A stretch of 64,000 bases of DNA from Escherichia coli O127:H6 str. E2348/69 (GCF_000026545.1 NC_011601.1); one strand, 5' to 3'; positions 22,032 to 30,627 are shown, numbered from the stretch's first letter. Program-made: numbers and translations. The notes: a model not told the origin generated them from the letters alone.

Positions 22032-22469
22032 ATGCCTGTTACCGAACATGCGCAGCGTCGTGCTGCGCGTGCGGATGCGCTCATCACCGCACAACTAGCC
22101 TTTGCCCTGAATGGGTACAACTGGGATGAACTGGCCGAACCTCATCGCAAGACCCTTAATCGTGAGGCCATCATTCGCGAGGTATCTACACCGCTGGAGC
22201 GATATTGCCTGCTGAATGATTGCGAGCCGTGGGAGTGTCTGGCCGCTGTACTGAACCGCATGAAAAGGCCGGATGGCTCGCGTCGCTGGAAAGCCGTCCG
22301 GTTGTCCGACCGGGTTTTCAATGGCCGGGTGCATCCAGTGCGCAAGACTCCTGATGAAGTTTACGCCGCCATTGCCCGCCGCTTGTTCCTGCCGAAGCCT
22401 GTGCATCAAGAAGTGATACAGCACATCCGTGCGCTTGGCTTGTTACCAGTTGGAGATAACCACCAATGA
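22032..22469 (+). CDS. hypothetical protein (island operon)
   Basis: 145 aa with RBS TGGAG 8 nt upstream; its stop overlaps the next start (ATGA). Confidence 0.6.
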   Translation: MPVTEHAQRRAARADALITAQLAFALNGYNWDELAEPHRKTLNREAIIREVSTPLERYCLLNDCEPWECLAAVLNRMKRPDGSRRWKAVRLSDRVFNGRVHPVRKTPDEVYAAIARRLFLPKPVHQEVIQHIRALGLLPVGDNHQ

Positions 22470-22675
22470 CGAAATCTGAATTTGAAAATGAAACATGGCG
22501 AATGAAGGGCTTGCTTCTTGGGGCGCTGATTCGCCGCCTTGAGGAAGATAAGGCTGGCGAGTCGCGCATGGTCGCAGCGGAGTTATCCAGTGCGGTCAAC
22601 TTCCTTAAGGCCAACGCCGTAGAAGCGCCGGACACATCATTCAACAACGTGTTCCCGGAGGATGACGAACAATGA
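22466..22675 (+). CDS. hypothetical protein (island operon)
   Basis: 69 aa with ATGA overlaps at both ends. Confidence 0.55.
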   Translation: MTKSEFENETWRMKGLLLGALIRRLEEDKAGESRMVAAELSSAVNFLKANAVEAPDTSFNNVFPEDDEQ

Positions 22676-22848
22676 CCCCTGAACAATTCAGACAATGGTT
22701 CGCCACGCTGCCACCGAACTATCAGAGCGCCGCACGCACCATGTACGACAACGCCCGCAAGTCGGGCATACATACCGCGTCAAGCCTTGCGCTGATTCAC
22801 ACGTTGGTTACTGACCAGATCAAATTTGATTCGGAGTTTAATTTATGA
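22672..22848 (+). CDS. hypothetical 58-aa protein (below the ORF-track cutoff)
   Basis: Hand translation gives MTPEQFRQWFATLPPNYQSAARTMYDNARKSGIHTASSLALIHTLVTDQIKFDSEFNL. ATGA overlaps with both neighbours fill the gap in the coupled chain. Confidence 0.5.
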   Translation: MTPEQFRQWFATLPPNYQSAARTMYDNARKSGIHTASSLALIHTLVTDQIKFDSEFNL

Positions 22849-23408
22849 CTTTGAGTATTACCGATATCCAGCGCATTAACGCGCTGGCTCATAAGCACCT
22901 AAAGAACAATGAAGAGATTGCAGCGGAGACAGGTCATACCCTGACCGATATTGACGCTGTAATCCGTGGCGTCTATGTCGATGACTTGGCCGAACATTGG
23001 AAAGACGATGCTGATATTACTCTGGCGGAGTACAACGCCATCCGCAGCCGCTATAAGCCCGGCAAGTTGCACCGCGATACAGAGTTTATGATTGCCCGCG
23101 ATATGCTGATTCGCCCTGAGACTGTGCTGGCTATCGCCCATTCCCGCTTTAGCAACGTCCACACGCACCCAGTGCCGAAAGCCGTCAAAGCAAAGCCGGA
23201 GAAAGCGAAAGTAGTGCGCAAGTTAGTGCTTACTGATTTAGATGAAATCCACAAGTTAGAGCGCTTCGGTTGGCCTGCTGCGGAGATCGCCGGGAAGCTG
23301 GGCGTCCCTGTTGAGGTCGTCGCGCATGTGCAACGCTGCCTGAGAAATCGTTGGTCGTACCCGGATACTCTGGAGTCTGTTAACTCCAAATTCAGCGAGG
23401 CTGAATGA
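22845..23408 (+). CDS. hypothetical protein with a probable C-terminal HTH
   Basis: 187 aa. The C-terminal segment WPAAEIAGKLGVPVEVVAHVQRCL looks HTH-like. Translationally coupled to its neighbours. Confidence 0.6.
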   Translation: MTLSITDIQRINALAHKHLKNNEEIAAETGHTLTDIDAVIRGVYVDDLAEHWKDDADITLAEYNAIRSRYKPGKLHRDTEFMIARDMLIRPETVLAIAHSRFSNVHTHPVPKAVKAKPEKAKVVRKLVLTDLDEIHKLERFGWPAAEIAGKLGVPVEVVAHVQRCLRNRWSYPDTLESVNSKFSEAE

Positions 23409-23641
23409 TGGCAGAGAACGAACCGCTGCACCCCGCCGTTAACCCTGATCTCTACGTGAACCTTGACGAACAACGCGAAGGATACGCTCCGATTGAATCA
23501 CAGGGTTGGGATGTGCTGACGCAGAACCTGACCGGGAAAGGTCGAACTGACCCCAGCCAAACACTTAACCAGAATCCGAAACAACGCCCGCACGGCTCCG
23601 TTGGTGAGCGTCGTTGGCTTCGTAAACGTGGATTACTTTAA
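23405..23641 (+). CDS. hypothetical protein
   Basis: 78 aa with an ATGA overlap with the upstream gene. Confidence 0.5.
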   Translation: MMAENEPLHPAVNPDLYVNLDEQREGYAPIESQGWDVLTQNLTGKGRTDPSQTLNQNPKQRPHGSVGERRWLRKRGLL

Positions 23642-23653
23642 CGAGGAATTACC

Positions 23654-23893
23654 ATGAGCAAAACTATCGTATTGCTGCCGCCCCGCAAGAATACAGACTG
23701 GGCTGCACAATTAAAGCTGATTTCTGAATCGCTTGAGGTGAGTCAGGCAGACCTCGCCCACGCCTATCAGGTTGATCGTCGGGATATGGGTAAAGCGTAT
23801 CACGGTGTGCGCAAACTGCCGGAGCGTTGTGTGCCTGTTCATATGCTGTTGTTAGCGCAGGTACACGACTTTAGAGCATTATCAGGAGAATAA
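23654..23893 (+). CDS. small HTH-like protein
   Basis: 79 aa, RBS GAGGA. The segment LEVSQADLAHAYQVDRRDMGKAYHG resembles an XRE-type HTH. Confidence 0.55.
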   Translation: MSKTIVLLPPRKNTDWAAQLKLISESLEVSQADLAHAYQVDRRDMGKAYHGVRKLPERCVPVHMLLLAQVHDFRALSGE

Positions 23894-23896
23894 TTT

Positions 23897-24577
23897 ATGT
23901 CTGACCAGAATGTTAATCCGTACCTTTCCGGTGCTGATGCTGCATCGCAGCAATCGCCATACATGGCTGCACCTGTTGGCGCTGACAATGGCGCATCCCG
24001 CTTTAGCTCTGTGCCTGCTGATGCTGATTTCCTCCGTACCCAGCCCGTTAACGGTAATGATGGCGGCCAATGGAATAATGGCAGTATCGCGAATCAGCAG
24101 GATCAGAACGCTGACAGCGCCGGGGCGCAGGTGGGCGATACTATCTCCCTGATGGATGGAACAGCTATTGAGTACACCGCCGAGCTGCAAGGATTGATGG
24201 GGCAGTTTCACCAGTCTGTCGAAAGCCAGCTAGGGCAGGGGACAGTTGACGCTATGTTGCAGTACGCTGGCACGCTCGACGCCGGGACGCAATCGACCCT
24301 TGAACGGATGGTTATGTCTGGCGACCCTGCGCAGATGCAGCGGGCGGTTCAGTATCTGCAAGAGCGTATGGCTGGCGGTTCCATTACCGGTTACGTCCCG
24401 AACGGCCAGACTGCCGCGCAACCTGTCGGAATGTCACATGCTGAGTTTATAGCAGCGTATGACCAGCTTTCGCAGTGGGCGCAGCAATCAGGGTATGGCC
24501 CCGGCCATCGCCAGTACGACGAACAATACCGTGCTCTGGTTGCGCAGCGCTCCGCTGGCAAACGTGCTGGTCGCTAA
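23897..24577 (+). CDS. Gln/Ala/Gly-rich protein in the scaffold position (candidate capsid assembly/scaffolding protein)
   Basis: 226 aa, RBS AGGAG. It has a low-complexity N-terminal half and a helical C-terminal half, and lies upstream of the capsid-like gene. Confidence 0.45.
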   Translation: MSDQNVNPYLSGADAASQQSPYMAAPVGADNGASRFSSVPADADFLRTQPVNGNDGGQWNNGSIANQQDQNADSAGAQVGDTISLMDGTAIEYTAELQGLMGQFHQSVESQLGQGTVDAMLQYAGTLDAGTQSTLERMVMSGDPAQMQRAVQYLQERMAGGSITGYVPNGQTAAQPVGMSHAEFIAAYDQLSQWAQQSGYGPGHRQYDEQYRALVAQRSAGKRAGR

Positions 24578-24716
24578 CGCCCAACGGTGGAATGCGCCCT
24601 GCAAGACTGAGTGCGCACCAACCCGGTACTACCACACCAATCTAAGCGCATGAGTCCCCGCAAGCCGCATTCTGCGCGGCATCTGAAAGCCTGTTTTTAA
24701 TTAACCGAGGTTCGTA

Positions 24717-25130
24717 ATGAGTACCTGTAATTTCCATGCCGTGGTGCGTGTCGCTGACGTGCGCCCGGATTTCGCCTTGCCGCTGGGTAGATGCGACCAC
24801 ATTTACCCTGAGCGTGTGCAGCACGTTTTCAATCCAGACGAAGCGGTTTATATCGTTGCCCGGTCTGCCACATCCGGCACCCGCACATCTGGCGTTAGCC
24901 GTGGGCTTTCCCCTGTGCTGCCGCCGAAGATGGCCGAGCGGATGCGCGAACGTGAACGGCACGAGAAAAACCGAGTCAGACCCCGCAAGGTGATCACTGA
25001 GGCGATACGCGCTGACATTATCGATCGCTCTGCAAAAGGTCAGAAGAATCGTTACATTGCAAGCAAGGTTGGTGTGTCTGAAACCTCTGTGCGGAAGGTG
25101 TTGAACATGGCGCGTATGAGTGCGCACTAG
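24717..25130 (+). CDS. DNA-binding protein with a C-terminal HTH (regulator or small-terminase-like)
   Basis: 137 aa, RBS GAGG. The C-terminus NRYIASKVGVSETSVRKVLN resembles a resolvase-type HTH. Confidence 0.55.
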   Translation: MSTCNFHAVVRVADVRPDFALPLGRCDHIYPERVQHVFNPDEAVYIVARSATSGTRTSGVSRGLSPVLPPKMAERMRERERHEKNRVRPRKVITEAIRADIIDRSAKGQKNRYIASKVGVSETSVRKVLNMARMSAH

Positions 25131-25349
25131 TGCAAGGTAATACGTTCACCTTACTTCACGCGCACTAACCCCTGAGAACCGTGCCAGCTCTGGCCTCAAA
25201 ACGCCCATTTCGGGGCACCTCATTCCTCTTAATCGATACCGTTCTGAATCCTGCCTCGGCGGGAGGATTACGCACGCCCGCGCCATGACGATGGCCGGGC
25301 CTATCTCGTCAGTGAATCCGCTGGCACAACCTACGTAGGAGTTTTACAT

Positions 25350-26345
25350 ATGGCCGATAACATTTACTCGCCTGACCAGTTCCGCCCACATTATGGCGGG
25401 GTGGAATCTGACAATGATATTCACATCGAGGCTTATGACCGGGATGTCCAGACCCGTTTAGAGTCCAAATCCGTATTTCTGGCCGAGGGGCTGTCTACAT
25501 ACAGGCCGCTGAAAGCCAGCAACCAATATCGTGTTGATCGCCTGAGTGGTGATCTGGAGGTGAAGGGCAGAACCGCAGGGCAATCGCTGGAGCCTACCGC
25601 TGTTAAGTCGGATAAGCTGATTATCTCTGTGGATACGCTGAGTTATATCCGCATCCCGATTGACTATCAGGATGACTGGACAGCACCCACCTTTCGCTCA
25701 GAGCTGAGCCGCAATATCGGTACTGCTCACGCTAAATTCTACGACGAAGCGCACACCATCCAGCTAATCAAAGCGACTGACTTTGTACCGCCGCCGACGT
25801 TGCAACCAACGTTTAACCCGCTGACGGATAATGTTGTCTCGCTCGACCTGACAGCGGGGAGCGAAGAGGACGCCGCAAACGAATTGTCTCACGCCGTAAA
25901 AGCGGCTGCTAATCGCTTTCTCACTGAGAAAGATATTCCGGTGGCCGAGCTGGTACTGCTTATCGACCCGGCTTGGTTCAGCATCCTGATGGAACATAAG
26001 AAGCTGATGAACATCCGTTACAGCCGGGATAGTGGCAACGATTACGCATGGCGTCGAGTTGGCTATGTCGCTTGGGTACGAGTCATTGAGCTGAACAGTT
26101 ACCCGCAGGGAGCCATTACCGCGCATGAACTGGGCGCTGATTATAATGTGACCGCAGGGGAAGCGCTGACACGGGCGACGCTGTTCCGGCCTGCGTCTGT
26201 ACTTGTGACAGTCGAAGCGCAGAGCGTCATCAATCGCCAGTGGGATGAGGAACGCGAAATGACAATGGTGATGGACTCATATCGCCTGTTCAATGTTGGG
26301 CTGCGCCGCCCGGACTGCGTTATCAATTTCCGACAAGCTGCATAA
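25350..26345 (+). CDS. major capsid protein, T7 gp10-like (HK97 fold, no delta domain)
   Basis: 331 aa, RBS AGGAG. Block-wise resemblance to my recollection of T7 gp10A: FRSELSRNIGTAHA / VRSEYTSQLGESLA, LLIDPAWFSIL / FYCDPDSYSAIL, and C-terminal FNVGLRRPDCVINF / AMGHGGLRPEAAGAVVF. Confidence 0.55.
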   Translation: MADNIYSPDQFRPHYGGVESDNDIHIEAYDRDVQTRLESKSVFLAEGLSTYRPLKASNQYRVDRLSGDLEVKGRTAGQSLEPTAVKSDKLIISVDTLSYIRIPIDYQDDWTAPTFRSELSRNIGTAHAKFYDEAHTIQLIKATDFVPPPTLQPTFNPLTDNVVSLDLTAGSEEDAANELSHAVKAAANRFLTEKDIPVAELVLLIDPAWFSILMEHKKLMNIRYSRDSGNDYAWRRVGYVAWVRVIELNSYPQGAITAHELGADYNVTAGEALTRATLFRPASVLVTVEAQSVINRQWDEEREMTMVMDSYRLFNVGLRRPDCVINFRQAA

Positions 26346-26361
26346 CTGGAGGGGCTGAGTC

Positions 26362-26871
26362 ATGGTTAATGATGCTTACGCCCCTGAGCTGTTGCGATCC
26401 CTTTTCCTGTATGACCCGGTGACAGGTCGCCTGCACCATAAAGCTAGCCGATGCCGGGTTACGGCTGGCTCCTATGCTGACTCCACCCGGCGAGCTGATG
26501 GCTATCGTCAAGTTGCCCTGCGACTGGATGGCAAGCAGTACCAGCTAAAAGCCCATCGCGTAGCGTGGATTCTTGCGCATGGTGCTATTCCCCACGGTAT
26601 GCAGATCGATCACATCAACGGTACCCGTGACGATAACCGCTTATGCAATCTGCGATTGGTTACGCAGCGGGAAAACGACCAGAACCGACGCAAGGCAAGG
26701 GGGTATAGCTGGAATAAGGGCTGTAGCAAATGGGAGGCTTACATACGCGTTGGTGGTGTACTCCGTCACCTTGGCTTATTCACATCCGAAGCGGCAGCTC
26801 GTGCTGTGTACCTGAAAGCTAAAGCCAGATACCACCCCTCAACGCCTGACGATTTATTGCAGGCTGCCTAA
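26362..26871 (+). CDS. HNH homing-type endonuclease with an AP2 DNA-binding domain
   Basis: 169 aa with HRVAWILAHGAIPHGMQIDHINGTRDDNRLCNLRLVT (HNH_3 type) followed by WNKGCSKWEAYIRVGGVLRHLGLFTSEAAA (AP2-like). Confidence 0.8.
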   Translation: MVNDAYAPELLRSLFLYDPVTGRLHHKASRCRVTAGSYADSTRRADGYRQVALRLDGKQYQLKAHRVAWILAHGAIPHGMQIDHINGTRDDNRLCNLRLVTQRENDQNRRKARGYSWNKGCSKWEAYIRVGGVLRHLGLFTSEAAARAVYLKAKARYHPSTPDDLLQAA

Positions 26872-26889
26872 CCCTCGGAGGTTCCATTA

Positions 26890-27315
26890 ATGGCTGATGA
26901 AAAGCCGATTAGGTCGCTGGCAGGTGATGACCCACGCCGCCAGCAGTACGCCGAACTGTTGGCGCAGGCTAGCCGCATGACTATTCCCCGGCTGCATCCG
27001 GGCGATGCTAACAGTGTGATGAGTCAGCTTGCAACGATGCTTGGCGCACCTGTCCCGATAGTCGGTGCTATGACTGAGCACGCCGCTGCATGGCGTGCCT
27101 GTCTGCTTGAGCAAGGACTTGGCGAGCTTCTGGATGGCTTGAGTAAACAGGTGCTGACCATCTTCTTTCTGCTCTGCTGGAGAGACAGCGCCTTGCGATT
27201 GGCTGGTAAGCAAAAGAAACGGCTTACAGCCGCCAGCGAGGGTTTGACCATTGAGCAATACCGGGCAATGCACCCGGCTTACAGAGAGGATAAAGAACAT
27301 GATAACCACGATTAA
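26890..27315 (+). CDS. hypothetical protein
   Basis: 141 aa, RBS GGAGG 8 nt upstream. Confidence 0.55.
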   Translation: MADEKPIRSLAGDDPRRQQYAELLAQASRMTIPRLHPGDANSVMSQLATMLGAPVPIVGAMTEHAAAWRACLLEQGLGELLDGLSKQVLTIFFLLCWRDSALRLAGKQKKRLTAASEGLTIEQYRAMHPAYREDKEHDNHD

Positions 27316-27598
27316 ATTAAGGTGGCGGTACATCGAGACGCCGCCAATGACTGGCGCACTCGCTGACCTGAAACAGTGGGTAATGAATGCCGTAGAGCCT
27401 GAGCTTGAGGCTGAATTTCGTAAGCTGCTGGGGCAGATGCGTCGCAATGGTATCAGTGATGGGCGCGTAAATGCGGTGGCTGATGAGCTTTATGCTCTGG
27501 TATGCCAACGCCAGCGCGAAGAATACGAAGCCTGCAAGCGGGCTGCCTCTGACAATGGAGACTTTGAATCATGGTTACACGGACAGACCAGCTACTAA
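27299..27598 (+). CDS. hypothetical protein
   Basis: I prefer the start at MITTIKLRW (27299), which has RBS AGAGAGGA upstream, over the track start at 27251. 99 aa. Confidence 0.5.
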   Translation: MITTIKLRWRYIETPPMTGALADLKQWVMNAVEPELEAEFRKLLGQMRRNGISDGRVNAVADELYALVCQRQREEYEACKRAASDNGDFESWLHGQTSY

Positions 27599-27996
27599 GA
27601 AAAGCTATGAGGGGCTATCTGGAACACCTTGGCAACATGCCGCTGGCGGAACGGATTACAAATGCTGCTGTATTCGAAGATGTGTATCGCTTTTTGTTGA
27701 ATGGTTCCGGGCGGCTGGAGCTGCGCCGCGCTGACGTGGCTGCCGTCCGTGTCTTCCTTTGGAACTATCAATACCGCCGCTGTGCTGTGACAGGTAAGCC
27801 GCTGCGCCTTGCGTCTGCCGTTCTGGATCACTGCCACCGAACCGGGCGCGTGCGTGCTGTGGTGCATCGTTCTGCTAACGCTGCTGAGGGAGGCCGCTAC
27901 GTTGGGCGGACGTGTGGTGTTAGCGTTACGAATCTAAGGGCTATGATTGGCAGCTATCGCAAGCAATACACTGGTATTGGCATGTTATATCCATAA
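27571..27996 (+). CDS. endonuclease VII-family (HNH-like) nuclease
   Basis: 141 aa. CAVTGKPL...VLDHCHRTGRVRAVVHRSANAAEG resembles the Endonuclease_7 motif (C-x2-C ... DH-x-H-x-TG-x-VRG..C..CN..G). Confidence 0.6.
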   Translation: MVTRTDQLLRKAMRGYLEHLGNMPLAERITNAAVFEDVYRFLLNGSGRLELRRADVAAVRVFLWNYQYRRCAVTGKPLRLASAVLDHCHRTGRVRAVVHRSANAAEGGRYVGRTCGVSVTNLRAMIGSYRKQYTGIGMLYP

Positions 27997-28037
27997 CTGC
28001 GGGGTAATAAACCCCGCCGAAATAGTAGCGTAGCCAC

Positions 28038-28940
28038 TCAAACAGGAATGTTGTAGTAATGACAAATTGCATTAGTTAGTAGAGCTGGTGCAGCAGACGC
28101 TGCAATATTTAGCGTCCCCGCATATGCTTTACCAATCATATTTACAACCCACTTCCCAAGGCTATCACTGAAATTGTCCGGGGTAGTTGGGGCGGGTGAT
28201 TCTTGTATAGCTTGATGAAGGCTCTTAATATCTTCATCATTAGCGCCCCAATCCTTGAGCTGCTTTTCAAGCGAGTTGAAGTCTCCAGCGTTGACAGTAT
28301 TATTTTGTGAAATGTCCCCGTTACCAGAGCCAATAACGCCAGCATTGTTTACGTTGCCATGAATGTTGGTCACGTTATGGACAGTCATTGGCGCTACCTC
28401 TTTTTCTCTTAATGAAAACTGTAACCCTTCGCCTAAAATACCCTTTGACTCTAAGTCTAAAGACCAGTCGAGGATCTTATTCCTAACGGTAGTAATTACA
28501 TGTTCTAGTACACCAGCGCTTATAACCCATACCATCTCAGTCTTTTGTCCGATACTTTGAGCTAATGTATCAGCCATCCAATCCGGGAGAGGTAAAAAAG
28601 GGTTTTCTCCTTTATTGCTCATCTTTTTTATAGATGATATTGATTCTGTAATGTGAAACGTTGATACCATTGCATTTAATTCCGCGTCGTTGAAGTTGAC
28701 CACAAGCGGAACCCAGCTCTGATGTTGGGGACTATATGCTTTTAACTGCGATTGACCTTTCCTGTATTCAGGAACCGTATCAAAGCTGGGATAGCCATTT
28801 AATTCGAGCTGTATCCACTCGGTCAAATCGCTGAGGCCGAGCTTCACTGCAATCATTTTGGCCTTCATGAGTACAGATAAAATGTCGGAGTCGGGATCGC
28901 ACGCTAGTGCTTGAAGTTCAAGAACTGGTGAGTTAGCCAT
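28038..28940 (-). CDS. AbiTii-like abortive-infection family protein
   Basis: 300 aa. The N-terminus LELQALACDPDSDILSVLMKAKMIAVKLGLSDLTEWIQLELNGY matches the AbiTii N-terminal pattern as I recall it. It lies adjacent to the integrase. Confidence 0.55.
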   Translation of the reverse strand: MANSPVLELQALACDPDSDILSVLMKAKMIAVKLGLSDLTEWIQLELNGYPSFDTVPEYRKGQSQLKAYSPQHQSWVPLVVNFNDAELNAMVSTFHITESISSIKKMSNKGENPFLPLPDWMADTLAQSIGQKTEMVWVISAGVLEHVITTVRNKILDWSLDLESKGILGEGLQFSLREKEVAPMTVHNVTNIHGNVNNAGVIGSGNGDISQNNTVNAGDFNSLEKQLKDWGANDEDIKSLHQAIQESPAPTTPDNFSDSLGKWVVNMIGKAYAGTLNIAASAAPALLTNAICHYYNIPV

Positions 28941-29027
28941 ATCAAGACCTTAGTATTGTTTTGATAAGGTATCTTACCCGCATCGAACCATGCAGTCTAA
29001 GGTTCGCAGGCCAAACTCACCCATGAG

Positions 29028-30239
29028 TTAGATGTTTATTCCTTCATGCTGGATGAGTTCGACATACTTACCGATCTCTATAGGGGAAGCTGCATTTTTC
29101 GAGTAAGTTTTGAAGCTCTCTGTACTCCCGCGCTCATGACCGACGAGCAGGGCAATACGATCTTCTGGCACTTGAGCACGGTCGAGCTGTTGCACAAAAG
29201 CATGGCGGAGTGAGTGAAACACTTTTCTCTCTGCGGCAGGCTCGCCAAGAGCTTTACGCTTTGCTCGCGTGAATTGCTGCGTATGCCACGTTGAGCGCTT
29301 CCCATCGGCCCGGTCTGTTATTGATGCGTGATAGAACAGAAAACCGCTATGTGTGGTCTTGAGCAATGACTTCACGAGAGGGATTATCTTGCTGTGTACA
29401 GGGACGATTCGCGCCGCGCTCTTAGTCTTCCCCTCGGTGATCTCAAAGCACAATATACCCTCGATAGTTTTAATACTGCTTTCACGTAGCGTACATATCT
29501 CATTGATCCGCATACCGCTGTATGCACCAATAGCCGTTACCGCCTTCATCTCGTCATCAAGCAAGGCATAGACCTTTGCCAGCTCTCCCGGTGCGAAGAC
29601 TTCATAGCTGACCTTGCTGCTTTTTGCTTCGAGCGCATGACCGCGCCAAGGATTGTCCTGTGGTGCATCGTGATAGCGATTGCGTGCCAGATCCCATATC
29701 TGCGCCAGTGCGCTTATATAGTTTTGGATAGTTTGGGGCGCTCGCTCAGTTTTGAGCTTATCTAACCAGCCTGTAACTATGGTTCGGTTAATATCCCGCA
29801 ACTGAACATCTTTCTTTTTCAAGTGGGTTAACAGCACCTCTACGGCTTTGTTGGTCTTGGATAACGTGGTTAGCTTTCGCTTCTCGCTGTATTGAAGCAG
29901 GTACAAATCACGCATTTTTAGCAAGGAAGGGCAAGCCTGAATCGATGCACCAAACGATGCGGGGGCTTCCTTGGCGTACACACTGACACGGCGTAGCTCA
30001 TCAATGATTTGGTCTACAGATGAGCCGCCTTGTGGCTTTAGCAGATTCCGTAAGCGAGTCCATTCCAGAGCAATAGCATCTCGAAACAATCGCGCTTGGC
30101 GTATGTCTCGTGTTCCTGTGCTTTTCATAAAGTAGCGCTTCCCTTGGAACAGGTGGCGCATATAGCTGGGAATAGCTATCCGCACGAGGTAATTCCCGCA
30201 GGGATCTAAAACTAGATAACGATCTCTCTTGAAACTCAT
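29028..30239 (-). CDS. tyrosine-type site-specific integrase
   Basis: 403 aa with a catalytic set consistent with R (SGMRINEI), HSLRH, LVGH and a C-terminal Y (FKTYSKN). Its start lies 133 nt from attR. Confidence 0.9.
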   Translation of the reverse strand: MSFKRDRYLVLDPCGNYLVRIAIPSYMRHLFQGKRYFMKSTGTRDIRQARLFRDAIALEWTRLRNLLKPQGGSSVDQIIDELRRVSVYAKEAPASFGASIQACPSLLKMRDLYLLQYSEKRKLTTLSKTNKAVEVLLTHLKKKDVQLRDINRTIVTGWLDKLKTERAPQTIQNYISALAQIWDLARNRYHDAPQDNPWRGHALEAKSSKVSYEVFAPGELAKVYALLDDEMKAVTAIGAYSGMRINEICTLRESSIKTIEGILCFEITEGKTKSAARIVPVHSKIIPLVKSLLKTTHSGFLFYHASITDRADGKRSTWHTQQFTRAKRKALGEPAAERKVFHSLRHAFVQQLDRAQVPEDRIALLVGHERGSTESFKTYSKNAASPIEIGKYVELIQHEGINI

Positions 30240-30372
30240 ACAAACCCCGGTTATGTTGTCGGGGCTTTTTCATGGCTAAACAGTCTGTGAAATGTGCCGG
30301 GGTCATGAGCTTTAGTCTAGCTAGTTCAACAAGTTAACGATGATTGTTGAAGCAAGCTAAGTCGCTATAACC

Positions 30373-30403
30373 CGTGCCGGTTCGAGTCCGGCCTTCGGCA
30401 CCA
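30373..30403 (+). repeat. attR core: displaced copy of the leuX 3' end
   Basis: Exact 31-bp copy of 15312-15342, with no upstream tRNA body. Confidence 0.9.
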
Positions 30404-30419
30404 CATCGTATGCAAATCG

Positions 30420-30443
30420 AGTCGCTCAAGGGCGGCTTTTTTT
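30420..30443 (+). terminator. probable native leuX rho-independent terminator, now at attR
   Basis: Hairpin agtcgc (30420-30425) / gcggct (30432-30437, one G-U pair) followed by T7, 17 nt after the repeated CCA end. Confidence 0.65.
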
Positions 30444-30627
30444 GTGTCTGGGATCCATTAGTTACCTATCTTTCTCGCTATTTTAACTCTCTCAGAGCCA
30501 ACCAATTTCAACCCATCGCAAACGAAAAATGTTGGTACAGGCGTTGGTATTTTCGGTTCGATATTAATTTGTATTAGCTCAGTCCTGATCTGACAGCTAT
30601 CTGCCAGATCAGGTTCGGATTAATACA

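Larger units (their letters stand above)
15312..30403. mobile_element. leuX-integrated ~15.1-kb integrative element (phage-satellite-like)
   Basis: Exact 31-bp direct repeats flank the element. It contains a tyrosine integrase, a serine recombinase, a RecQ-type helicase, a capsid-like gene and homing-type nucleases, and its composition is mosaic. Confidence 0.85.

Noticed and set aside
24699-24706. AATTAACC (the first 8 nt of the T3 promoter) upstream of 24717, and TAATACG (the first 7 nt of the T7 promoter) at 25138-25144 upstream of the capsid gene.
   Set aside because: Only the upstream parts match, and the essential -7 to +1 core is absent. Matches of 7-8 nt are expected by chance at this scale.
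30374-30577. 67-aa ORF beginning inside attR.
   Set aside because: It starts within the tRNA-derived repeat and runs through the terminator hairpin, so it is an artefact.
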